Assembly: GCF_902713615.1 (NCBI RefSeq)
Contig: NC_052158.1
Span: 38,493,729 to 38,557,728, forward strand
From: Scyliorhinus canicula
Taxonomy: Eukaryota
Length of the DNA stretch: 64,000 bases
Direction: 5' to 3'
Part shown: positions 47,988 to 60,415 of the stretch, in pieces
Layout: every line of letters starts with the position of its first letter
Position numbering within the stretch: position 1 is the stretch's first letter
Translations under genes and position numbers: made by a program
The notes under the pieces: model-generated
Told to the model about the DNA's origin: nothing
The model's input: only the letters and a program-made list of their open reading frames with translations
The model's database searches: none

Positions 47988-49957
47988 TCCACCTGTGGAT
48001 TGACAGTGTCACAAGGCAGTATCGAGAGTCCCCTGAGTGTGCAGTGTTTCATTGTCCTGGGAGTACATGGGAGCATACATGGGAAATAGAAGCAGGAGGA
48101 GGTCTTTGAGCCTGCTCTGTCATTCATTATGAACATGGCTGATCATCAAGTTCACTACCCTGATCCCGCCTTTCCCCCATATCGCTTGATCTCCTTAGCC
48201 TAAGAGCTATATTTAATTCCTTCTTGAAATGACATGATGTTTTCGCCTCAACTACTTTTGAGGTAGTCAATTCCACAGATTCACCACTCTCTGGGTGAAG
48301 AAATTTCTCTTCACCTCAGTCTAAAAATGTTCACCCCTCATCCTCAAACTGTGACCACTAGTTCTGGACTCCCCACCATCAGTATGATTCTTTCTGAATC
48401 TACTCAGTTTAATCCTGTTCGAATTTTATACGTTTTAGGCGGCACAGTGGTTATCACTGCTGCCTCACGGAGCCAAGGACCCCGGTTCGGTCACAGCCCC
48501 GAGTCACTGTCCATGTGGAGTTGCACATTCTCCCCATGCCTGCATGAGTCTCACCCCCATAACAAAAATATGTGCCGGGTGGGTGACTGAATTGGCTGCA
48601 TTGAATTGCCCCTTAATTGGAATTTGTTTTAAAATTTGATAAATTTCTATGATATCATCCCTCATTCTTCTAAGCTCCAATGAATATAATCCAAACCAAT
48701 TTAGTCTCTCCTCATATGACAGTCCCGCCACTCCATGATTCAACCTGGTAAACCTTCACTGCACTCCCTCCAGAGCAAGAACATCCTTCTTTAGATGAGG
48801 ACACCAAAACTGCACAAAAAAGGAGGTTTTGGAGGTAGATGGGAGATATGCGGAGATTCCGGAACTGGGGCTTTTGGTGAGGAGGAAGGAATTATAGGTG
48901 AAGTTTGATCTTCTATCCATGGGAAGGGTAGCTGAGGCGAGTAAGGGGGTCGTTTATGTATGGCGAGAAGGCCAGTCGATTGCTGGCAGGCCAGCTCTGT
49001 TAGCAGGCCACAGCGAGGGAGATTGTGCAGATTAGAGATGGGACGTGTGGGTTGGTAATGGTAGGTGAATAAGGTGTTTGAAGACTTTTATAAGGACTTG
49101 TAAAGACAGATGGTATGTTGGATATAAGGGTCCGGAAGTGGGAGAGGAGGAGAGGGCGGAACTGGAGGAACCAATGGGGGTGGTAGAAGTGCAGGCAGCA
49201 AGGGGGATGCATTCAGTTAAGGCACCAGGGACAGATGGGTTCCCAGTGGAATTTTATAAAAAATTTAAGGATAGGTTAGCACCGCTGATGGTAGATATGT
49301 TTGAGGATTCGATGGTAAGGGGAGTATTGCCGGAGATGATGAGACAGTCATCCATCTCATTATTACTTAATAAGGATAAGGATCCAGTAGTGTAGGTCGT
49401 ACAGGCCCATTTCTCGACTGAAAGTGGACGCTAAGATATTGGCTAAAGTGTTGTCATTGAGGTTGGCGGATTGCCTCCTGAATGTGGTTGGGGAGGATCA
49501 GGTGGGGTTTGTTAAGGGCAGGCAGCTGACATTGTATGTGCTGCGGCTGCTGAATGTGGTGCTTCCACCGGCATAGGGGAGGGAGTTGGAGATGGTGTTG
49601 ACATTAGATGCGGAGAAGGCGTTTGACAGGATGGAGTGGTGCGATCTGTTTGCAGTGTTGGAGAAATTTAGGATTGAGTCTAAGTTTGTGGCATGGGTGA
49701 AATTGTGATACAAGGATCTGACGGCGTGTGTACGAATGAACAATATGAATTTGGGGTACCTTCCCATGTCTTTTGGTTGCCCCATGTCCCCCTTTCTCTT
49801 TGCATTAGCGACAGAGTGCTTGGCCATCGCACTGAGGGGTTCAGACTTATAGAAGGGGATAGTGAGGGAGGGCGTGGAGAATAGGGTCTCTGTACACGGA
49901 CGATTTGCTTGTACGTCTCGGACCCGAGCTCTTCGATGAGGGATATAATGGGGTTGC

Positions 49958-50251
49958 TGTGGTGAATCACAGTCCGTGTAATTCACACTGTTATTATATA
50001 TGATGTACTGTGTCTATGTAAGCTCGGTATGCGAGCAGATGCGCGGCTCTGCCCATAGGGGGAGATGAGAAGTTTGTACTGGGCTCCACCCTTGGCTCCG
50101 CCCATGGCTCCTCCCACTAACCGGAAGTATAAAGCTTCGCAGTCGTGAGCCTGCCTGCCAGTTCATCTCGTCGCAGGCAGGCTCTGTTGAAAGACTATTA
50201 AAACCACTGTTCACTTCCAACCACGTGTCGTGTGAATTGATGGTCACATCA
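49958..50251 (+). mobile_element. Solo LTR (294 bp)
   Basis: TG...CA ends, 5-bp TSD GTTGC, TATAAA and ATTAAA inside; the L1 frame rejoins across it. Confidence 0.85.
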
Positions 50252-50734
50252 GTTGCTAAGGGAATTTGGGGCATTTTCAGCGTACAAATTGAAATTAGGG
50301 AAAAGCGAGTATTTTGTGGTGTCCTCCAGGTGCAAGGGTAGGTGGGCGGGGGGGGGGGGGGGGGGGGGGTTGCATTCCGGGTGGCGACAACACATTTTAG
50401 GTATCTGGGGGTGCAGGTGGTGCAGGATTGGGCATGACTTTGTAAAAACAATTTCATGAGCTTGGTTGGGAGGGTGAAGGAGGACTTGTTGCGGTGGGAT
50501 AGTCTACCCTCGTTGTTGGCAGTTCGGGTGCAGGCAATGAAGATGAACATCCTGCCACTTATTTGTTTCTGTTTAAGTGTTTGTCGATCTTTTTACCTCA
50601 GTCATTTTTAATGGGTAGATAGGTTGGACTCGTCGTTTATGTGGGCAGGGAAGGTGGCTAAGATAAGGAAAGCGGTGCTCCAAAGGGTGCAGCAATCAGG
50701 GGGCTTGGCCATTCTGAACTTGCTATACCGTTAC

Positions 50735-51227
50735 TGTAATGATAAGCAGTAACAGTGTAACAAGCGTATATAACCTCAGACCACTAGGTGTCGTGCAAGA
50801 GGAACAGGACACTGGAACCAGACAAAAAACAGACTTGGTCAGTTACAAAAGTTGTTAATAGCATGGATAGAAGCTCCACAGTTGTGTCAGCAATAGTTTA
50901 GTTTACCCACAGTTTATTCAACATTAAATAACTAGTATTGAACTAGATGTTCTGTCATACACTGATTCATTTATTATCATAGTACACAAACACGAGGGCA
51001 GCACGGTGGCGCAGTGGATTAGCACTGCTGCCGAGGTCCCAGATTCAATCCCGGCTCTGGGTCACTGTCCGTGTGGAGTTTGCACATTCTCCCCATGTCT
51101 GAGTGGGTTTCGCCCCCACAACCCAAAAAGATGTGCAGGCTAGGTGAATTGGCAATTTAGCCCCTTAATTGGAAAAATGAATTGGGTACTCTAAATTTTT
51201 TTTAAATCATAGTACTCGAACACAACA
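50735..51227. mobile_element. Solo LTR containing an A-tailed SINE (50996-51205)
   Basis: TG...CA ends with GTTAC/CTTAC flanks; the SINE has an 18-bp TSD with 2 mismatches. Confidence 0.7.
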
Positions 51228-52436
51228 CTTACCGGGTGGCGAATGTGGAGAATGTGCAGGGCTGGATTAGGGAGATGGAGGCCTTATGGGTTCAGATGGA
51301 GGTGGGTTCCTGTAAGGGGTCGGGTTGCGGGTACTGGCAATGAAGCCGTTACTGTTCGCCCAGGGATGTATCCAGGGAGTCCTGCAGACGATTTGAGGGT
51401 AACTCCAGCCGCACTTTAAATTGGGGGCAGGCCCGAGGGTGATGCCAATGAGAGGGAACAATGGGGTTGAGACAGGGAGGATGGATGCAAGTTTCCAGGG
51501 ATGGGAGGAGAGAGGAGTGAAGGAGATGAAGGATTTGTTTTTGGAGGGGAAGTATGCGAGCTTGGAGAAGTTGTGGTGACGTTTGGGCTCCAGCGTGAGC
51601 TCCTTCTGCAAGTGCGGAGCTTCACAAGAAAGGTCTTCCCGAACTTTCCAGAGGCACCGTCCTCTTTGCTGCTGTAGGAGGTGCTGCCAGTGATGGGGCT
51701 GGAGGGTGGGGTCATTTCGCCGAATTATGGTAGGATCATGGAGAAGATAAGGTGTCCATGGGATTAAGGCCAAGTGGAAAGAAGAGCTGGGGATGGTGTT
51801 GGTGGAGTAAGTCTGGTGCGAGGTGCTGCAGAGGGTTAATGCCTCAACCGCATGTGTGAGAGTGGGGTAGATTCAATTAATGAAGGCATGCTTAATGAAG
51901 GCGAGGATGAGCCGGCTGCTTGAGGGGGTGGAGGATAGCTGCGAACAGTGCGGGAGAGGCCCAGCTAATTATGTTCATATGTTCAAGTCCAGCCCGATGT
52001 TGGAGAAATTTTGGAGATCGTTTTTTAGCACCATGTCAGAGGACCTACATGGAGATTTGGAAATGGTCTCTTGGAGGACATATGAAGTGGCAGACCTACC
52101 AGGGTGCGGGGGCAGTTGACTTAGCCATCGTATGTTAACCACTCGCAGGCGGGTTCTGTTGAGGTCAACTTCTCCCCACTGTGACTCGGCATGTCAGGGT
52201 GAACTCACGGAGTTCCTATGCTTGGAGAAGGTGAAATTCTCTCTGAGAGGGGCAGATGAGGGGTTCCACAATACATAGGGTTTGTTTATCTTACACTTTG
52301 GGGATCTGGTTACATTCAAGGGCTGGAGGGATGCAGTTTCGTGGAGGGCTGAGAGTGGAGATTTGTATTGGGTTTGTGTTTAATCTGTGTAAAAATGTTA
52401 AAATATTGCAAGTTGGAATAAAAATAATTATTAAAA

Positions 52437-55400
52437 TGCACTGATCCTCTGACAGTGTAGCACTCCCTCAGTACTGACCCTCTGACAGTGCAGCACTCCC
52501 TCAGTACTGACCCTCTGACAGTGCAGCACTCCCTCAGTACTGACCCTCTGACAGTGCAGCACCTCCCTCAGTACTGACCCTCTGACAGTGCAGCACTCCC
52601 TCAGTACTGACCCTCTGACAGTGCAGCACTCCCTCAGTACTGACCCTCTGGCAGTGCAGCACTCCCTCAGTACTGACCCTCTGACAGTGCAGCACTCCCT
52701 CAGTACTGACCCTCTGACATTGCAGCACTCCCTCAGTACTGACCCTCTGACAGTGCAGCACTCCCTCAGTACTGACCCTCTGACTGTGCAGCACACACTC
52801 AGTACTGACCCTCTGACAATGCAGCACTCCCTCAGTACTGACCCTCTGACAATGCAGCACTCCCTCAGTACTGACCCTCTGACAATGCAGCACTCCCTCA
52901 GTACTGACCCTCTGACAATGCAGCACTCCCTCAGTACTGACCCTCTGACAGTGCAGCAATCCCTCAGTACTGACCCTCTGACTGTGCAGCACACACTCAG
53001 TACTGACCCTCTAACAGTGCAGCACTCACTCAGTACTGGCCCTCTAACAGTGCAGCACTCCCTCAGTACTGACCCTCTGACTGTGCAGCAAACACTCAGT
53101 ACTGACCCTCTGACTGCAGCACACACTCAGTACTGTCCCTCTGACAGTGCAGCACTCCCTCAGTTTGGACCCTCTGACAGTGACGCACTCCCTCAGTACT
53201 GACCCGCTGACAGTGCAGCACTCCTTCACTATTGACCCTCTGACAGTGAAGCACTCCCTCAGTACTGACCCTCTGACAGTGCAGCACTCCCTCAGTACTG
53301 ACGCTCTGACAATGCAGCACTCCCTCAGTACTGACCCTCTGACAGTGCAGCACTCCCTCAGTTATGACCCTCTGACAGTGCAGCACTCCCTCAGTACTGA
53401 CCCTCTGACAATGCAGCACTCCCTCAGTACTGACCCTCTGACATTGCAGCACTCCCTCAGTACTGACCCTCTGACAGTGCAGCACTCCCTCAGTACTGAC
53501 CATCTGACTGTGCAGCACACACTCAGTACTGACCCTCTGACTGTGCAGCACACACTCAGTACTGACCCTCTGACTGTGCAGCACACACTCAGTACTGACC
53601 CTCTGACAGTGCAGCACTCCCTCAGTACTGACCCTCTGACAATGCAGCACTCCCTCAGTACTGACCCTCTGACAATGCAGCACTCCCTCAGTACTGACCC
53701 TCTGACAATGCAGCACTCCCTCAGTACTGGCCCTCTGACAATGCAGCACTCCCTCAGTACTGACCCTCTGACAATGCAGCACTCCCTCAGTACTGACCCT
53801 CTGACAGTGCAGCAATCCCTCAGTACTGACCCTCTGACTGTGCAGCACACACTCAGTACTGACCCTTGACAGTGCAGCACTCACTCAGTACTGGCCCTCT
53901 AACAGTGCAGCACTCCCTCAGTACTGACCCTCTGACTGTGCAGCAAACACTCAGTACTGACCCTCTGACTGCAGCACACACTCAGTACTGTCCCTCTGAC
54001 AGTGCAGCACTCCCTCAGTTTGGACCCTCTGACAGTGACGCACTCCCTCAGTACTGACCCGCTGACAGTGCAGCACTCCTTCACTATTGACCCTCTGACA
54101 GTGAAGCACTTCCTCAGTACTGACCCTCTGACAGTGCAGCACTCCCTCAGTACTGACCCTCTGACTGTGCAGCACACACTCAGTACTGACCCTCTGACAG
54201 CGCAGCACTCCCTCAGTACTGACCCTCTGACAATGCAGCACTCCCTCAGTACTGACCCTCTGACAATGCAGCACTCCCTCAGTACTGACCCTCTGACATT
54301 GCAGCACTCCCTCAGTACTGACCCTCTGACAGTGCAGCACTCCCTCAGTACTGACCATCTGACTGTGCAGCACACACTCAGTACTGACCCTCTGACTGTG
54401 CCGCACACACTCAGTACTGACCCTCTGACAGTGCAGCACTCCCTCAGTACTGACCCTCTGACAATGCAGCACTCCCTCAGTACTGACCCTCTGACAATGC
54501 AGCACTCCCTCAGTACTGACCCTCTGACAATGCAGCACTCCCTCAGTACTGACCCTCTGACAATGCAGCACTCCCTCAGTACTGACCCTCTGACAATGCA
54601 GCACTCCCTCAGTACTGACCCTCTGACAATGCAGCACTCCCTCAGTACTGACCCTCTGACAGTGCAGCACTCCCTCAGTACTGACCCTCTGACAGTGCAG
54701 CACTCCCTCAGTACTGACCCTCTGACAGTGCAGCACTCCCTCAGTACTGACCATCTGACAGTGCAGCACTCCCTCATTACTGTCCCTCTGACTGTGCAGC
54801 ACTCCCTCAGTACTGACCCTCTGACAGTGCAGCACTCCCTCAGTACTGACCCTCTGATAGTGCAGCACTCCCTCAGTACTAGGATGTTGCCTGGTTTGGA
54901 GGGAAGGTCTTACGAGGAAAGGCTCAGGGACTTGAAGTTGTTTTCGTTGGAGAGGAGAAGGCTGAGAGGTGACTTAATAGAGACATATAAGATAGTCAGA
55001 GGGTTAGATAGGGTGGACAGTGAGAGTCTTTTTCCTCGGATGTTGATGACCAACACGAGGGGACATAGCTTTAAATTGAGGGGTGATAGATTTAGGACAG
55101 ATGTCAGAGGCAGTTTCTTTACTCAGAGAGTAGTAGGGGTGTGGAACGCCCTGCCTGCAACAGTAGTAGACTCGCCAACTTTAAGGGCATTTAAGTAGTC
55201 ACTGGATAGACATATGGATGAAAATGGAATAGTGTAGGTCAGATAGGCTTCAGATGGTTTCACAGGTCGGGGCAACATCGAGGGCCGAAGGGCCCATACT
55301 GCGCTGTAGTGTTCTATGTTCTATGTTCTATGACCCTCTGACTGTGCAGCACTCCCTCTGTACTGACCCTCTGACAGAGCAGCACTCCCTCAGTACTGAC

Positions 55401-56187
55401 CCTCTGACAGTGCAGCACTCCCTCAATACTGAACCTCTGTGTGTAGCACTCCCTCTGTACTGACCCTCTGACAGTGCAGCACTCCCTCAGTACTGACCCT
55501 CTGACAGTGCAGCACTCCCTCAGTACTGACTCTGACAGTGCAGCACTCCCTCAGTACTGAACCTCTGACTGTGCAGCACTCCCTCAGTACTGACCCTCTG
55601 ACAGTGCAGCACTCCCTCAGTACTGAACCTCTGACAGTGCAGCACTCCCTCAGTACTGACTCTGACAGTGCAGCACACCCTCAGTACTGAATCTCTGGCT
55701 GTGCAGCACTCCCTCAGTACTGACCCTCTGGCAGTGCAGCACTCCCCTCAGTACTGACCCTCTGACAGTGCAGCACTCCCTCAGTACTGACCCTCTGACA
55801 GTGCAGCTCTCCCTCAGTACTGACCCTCTGACAGTGCAGCACTCCCTCAGTACTGACCCTCTGACAGTGCAGCACTCCCTCAGTACTGAGCCACTGACTG
55901 TGCAGCACATACTCAGTACTGACCCTCTGACAGTGCAGCACTCCCTCAGTACTGACCCTCTGACAGTGCAGCACTCCCTCAGTACTGACCCTCTGACAGT
56001 GCAGCACTCCCTCAGTACTGACCCTCTGACAGTGCAGCACTCCCTCAGTACTGACCCTCTGACAGTGCAGCACTCCCTCAGTACTGACCCTCTGACTGTG
56101 CAGCACACACTCAGTACTGACCCTCTGACATTGCAGCACTCCCTCAGTACTGAGCCACTGACTGTGCAGCACATACTCAGTACTGTA
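52437..56187 (+). repeat. 33-bp satellite array (cagtactgaccctctgacagtgcagcactccct), split by a CR1 fragment
   Basis: About 100 tandem units are visible directly. Confidence 0.97.
54881..55331 (+). mobile_element. 5'-truncated CR1 3' end inside the satellite
   Basis: RMLPGLEGRSYEERL...LRGDLIETYK and a (ttctatg)n tail. Confidence 0.9.
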
Positions 56188-56859
56188 CTGAACAATCGAC
56201 TGTTCCGCTCTCTGTCTGAGGCTAATATTTATTGTTCAATGGGCATTGTGAGACTCAGACATGAAGATCAACAATTCGTCCCATTTATGTTTAAAGGCAC
56301 AGACACCTGGCACTCTTGATCACACACAATTGCAGACTTTCTTGGGAGAGCCCCTACTTGTCTCGAATCCCCAGAGGTTTGCTGGTTTCAGAGTGGGCAT
56401 GCCCTCCTCTTCTCCCTTTACTCTAAGAATCCCCTGTTCAGTGTCCAAATTGCCCGGCAAGATGTGAGGGAAGGCCTTCCCCCTCTCAAATGCCCACCTG
56501 CATCATCCGAGCAGGGTGACCTTGAAAGATCTTCAGTCAGTACTGTAGCACGGGCGGTGGGCCTCATGGCTGCAGATCCTGAGATGAACCCAGAAATCTT
56601 AGAATTTCCCAATTGGCCAAAGCAGCCACTGTAGCTGAAGGACAGTCAATTGCTCCATTGGTACTACTGTCCGTTATGGACATATGAACATTTCTATCCC
56701 GCAATATATCTATCAGAATTTCTAGCTTTCAGCCCCCTAGGCTCACTGACAACCAACAAAAGTTAAAGACAGCCCAGGGGAGATGGTCTCCTGGAGTCAC
56801 CTGGGGTTGTCTGAAATAAGCAGCTCTGAAAATTGTGGGTATATCTGTGGGGGTCATTG

Positions 56860-57210
56860 TAGAACATAGAACATAGAACAGTACAGCACAGAACAGGCCC
56901 TTCGGCCCTCGATGTTGTGCCGAGCAATGATCACCCTACTCAAATCCACGTATCCACCCTTTACCCGTAACCCAACAACTCCCCCCCTTAACCTTGCTAT
57001 TAGGACACTATGGGCAATTTAGCATGGCCAATCCACCTAACCCGCACATCTTTGGACTGTGGGAGGAAACCGGAGCACCCGGAGGAAACCCACGCACACA
57101 CGGGGAGGACGTGCAGACTCCACACAGACAGTGACCCAGCCGGGAATCTAACCTGGGACCCTGGAGCTGTGAAGCATTGATGCTAACCACCATGCTACCA
57201 TGCTGCCCAT
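56860..57210 (-). mobile_element. V-SINE long form
   Basis: Nearly identical to 24035-24372. Confidence 0.85.
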
Positions 57211-58215
57211 TGTGTGTGTGTTTGTGGGTATATGTATGTGTTCGATCATGTACAAGTCTGTGGGTGTATGTGTGCGGTTCATTGTGTACCAGTCGGCACG
57301 GTGATACAGTAGTTAGTACTGCAACCTTACAGATCCGGGTTCAATTCCAGCTTGGGTCACTGTCTGTGCGAGTCTGCACGTTCTCCCGGAGTCTGTGTGG
57401 GTTTCCTTAGGGTGATCCCGTTTCCCCCCACAGTCCAAAGATGTGCAGGTTAGGTGGATTGGCCATGGTCGTGAAGGCCGAAGGACGGCGACTGAAATGA
57501 GAGATGGGACTGGAATTGGGACTTGGACTGAGAGGATGGGATCATTATCTTTCTTTTTGGGTCTTGTTTCCTGTGTTTGGGGGGGGAGGCGGTGGAAAAG
57601 CTGGGTTTTTGGGTTGGATGGTTATGGGTAATTTATCTTTGTTAAATCTACAGTTGGTTACAATTATATTGGGCTTTGGAGTTATGGTGGTTTTCTGGGG
57701 CGTGGTTTTTGTACTGATTTGTTTGTTGGTCTTTGTTTGCTGGGACTGGGTCACGGGGAAGGGGATTGGGAGGAGGGGGGCATGGGCAGGGACCACCACA
57801 CTGGCAAGCAAACGGGAAATTAGTGAACGGGAATGTGTTGGGGGGATGGGCCGCAAATGTGAAACCTGATTGAACAGGTTTTGAAGCACCAAGGAGGTGT
57901 GAAATGAGGGGATGGCGTCAATAGTGGGGGAGGTGTTTGCAAGAGGAAGTGGATGAGCGGATTTTGGGAGGGGGGACGGGTGCGATGGTAACAAAGTGAT
58001 GGGGTGAGTTAGGCCTGAAGGACAGGGTCCAGGGCTATGATGATGGTGGATAGGAGAGGGGGCGAGGAGGCGAGGGGGGGGGGGGGGGGGGGGGGGGGAA
58101 TGGAAGAGACCCACAGTCAGAATAGTCATGATGTGGAGATGCCGGTGTTGGACTGGGGTGAACACAATAAGAAGTCTTACAACACCAGGTTAAAGTCCAA
58201 CAGGTTTGTTTCAAA

Positions 58216-58250
58216 CACTAGCTTTCAGAGCGCTGCTCCTTCCTCAGGTG
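58216..58250 (-). ncRNA. Minimal type I hammerhead ribozyme motif in the Penelope terminus
   Basis: CAC-CUGAGGA-A-GGAGC(AGC)GCUCU-GAAAGCUA-GUG. Confidence 0.6.
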
Positions 58251-60071
58251 AATGAAGAGGTAGGTTCCAGAAACATATGTAGACAAAGTCAAAGATGCCA
58301 GATAATACTTAAAATGCGAGCATTTGCAGGTAATTAAGTCTTTACAAAGCCAGAAAGAGGGGTAACCCCAGGTTAAAGAGGTGTGAATTGTCTCAAGCCA
58401 GGACAGTTGGTAGAATTTTGCAAGCCCAGGCCAGATGGCGGGGGGTGAATGTAATGCGACATGAATCCAAGGTCCCGGTTGAGGGTGTACTCATGTGTGC
58501 GGAACTTGGCTGTAAGTTTCTGCTCGGCGATTCTACGTTGTCGCGAATCCTGAAGGCCACCTTGGAGAACGCTTACCCGGAGATCAGAGGCTGAATGCTC
58601 TTGACTGCTGAAGTGTTCCCCGACTGGAAGGGAACATTCCTGCCTGGTGATTGTCACGTGATGTCCGTTCATCCGTTGTCACAGCGTCTGTGTGGTCTCG
58701 CCAATGTACCACGCTTCGGGACATCCTTTCCTGCAGCTTATGAGATAGACAACGTTGGCCGTGTCGCATGAGTATGTAGCGCGTACCTGGTGGGTAGTGT
58801 TCTCATGTATAATGGTGGTATCCATGTCGATGATCTGGCACATCTTGCAGAGATTGAAATGGCAGGATTGTGTGGTGTTGTGGTCGCTGTTCTGAATGCT
58901 GGGTAGTTTGCTGCAAACAATGGTTTGTTTGAGGTTGCGCGGTTGTTTGAAGGCAAGTTGTGGGGATGACCTTGGCAAGATGTTCGTCTTCATCGATGAC
59001 ATGTTGATGGCTGCGAAGAAGATGTTGTAGTTTCTCGTCTCCAGGAAGTACTGGATGATGAAGGGTGCTCTGTCGGTTGTGTCCCGTGTTTGTCTTCTGA
59101 TGAGGTTGGTGCAGTTTTTTGCTGTGGCGCGTTAGAACTATCGATCGATGAGTCGAGCGCCATATCCCGTTCGTACAAGGGCATCTTTTAGCATCTGTTG
59201 TTGTCTGTTATGCTCCTCCTCGTCTGAGCAGATCCTGTGTATACGGAGGGCTTGTCCACAGGGGATGGCTTCTTTAATGTGTTTAGGGTGGAAGCTGGAG
59301 AAGTGGAGCATCGTGGGGTTATCCGTGGGCTTGCGGTAAAGCGAAGTGCTGAGCTGACCGTCCTTGATGGAGATGAGTGTGTCCAAGAATGCAACTAATT
59401 TTGGAGAGTAGTCCATGGTGAGTCTGATGGTGGGATGGAACTTATTGATGTCATTGTGTCATTGTTTCAGTGATTCTTCGCCGTGGGTCCAAAGGAAAAA
59501 AATGTCATCGATATATCTGGTGTATAACGTCGGTTGAAGGTCCTGTGCGGTGAGGGGGTCTTGTTCAAACTTGTGCATGAAGGTGTTGGCATATATTGAG
59601 GTACAAATTTGGTCCCCATGGCTGTTCGTGCGTCTGGATGAAGAACTTGTTGTCAAAGGTGAAGACATTGTGATCCAGAATGAAGCGGGTGAGTTGCAGA
59701 ATTGCATCTGGAAATTGGCAGGTGGCGGTGTTCAGTACTGAGGCTGTTGCAGCAATGCCGTCGTCATGGGGGATGCTGTAGAGGGCCAAGACGTCCATTG
59801 TGACGAGGAATGTTCAACTGGTCCATTGGTGCTGAGTTTCTGTAATAAGTCCGTCGTGTCGCGACATAAGCTGGGCGTTCCTTGTACGATGGGTTTCAAG
59901 ATGCCCTCGATGTAGCCAGAGGTTCTCACACAGGGTCCCATTGCCTGATACAATAAGCCGGCCTGGTGTGCTGGCCTTGTATATTTTCGGGAGGCAGCAG
60001 AAATCTCCAACGCTGGGAGTACGTGGGATGAGAGCATGTAGGGTGGTCTGACGGTCTGGATCCAAGGTCTT

Positions 60072-60415
60072 CATAGAATTTACAGTGCAGAAGGAGGCCA
60101 TTCGGCCCATCGAGTCTGCACCGGCTCTTGGAAAGAGCACCCTTCCAAACCGCACACCTCCACCCTATCCCCGTAACCCAGTTACCCCACCCAACACTAA
60201 GGGCAATTTTGGACACTTAGGGCAATTTAGCATGGCCAGTCCACCTAACCTGCACATCTTTGGACTATGGGAGGAAACCGGAGCACCCGGAGGAAACCCA
60301 CGCACACACAGGGAGAACATGCAGACTCCACACAGACAGTGACCCAAGCCGGGAATCGAACCTGGGATCCTGGAGCTGTGAAGCAACTGTGCTAATCACT
60401 ATGCTACCGTGCTGC
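60072..60415 (-). mobile_element. V-SINE long form inside the Penelope element
   Basis: Full head, V-domain and tail in reverse complement. Confidence 0.85.

Larger units (their letters stand above)
48990..52435 (+). mobile_element. Decayed L1 ORF2 3' half hosting two solo LTRs
   Basis: APGTDGFPVEFYKK, LDAEKAFDR, REFGAFSAYKLKLGKSEY and CEQCGRGPANYVHMF homologies to the intact ORF2. Confidence 0.85.

Noticed and set aside
52431-56319. Long Cys- or His-rich ORFs (VRGSVLRECCT, QHSLSTDPLTV, VLHCQRVSTEG repeats)
   Set aside because: They are translations of a 33-bp satellite whose unit happens to lack stops in several frames on both strands.
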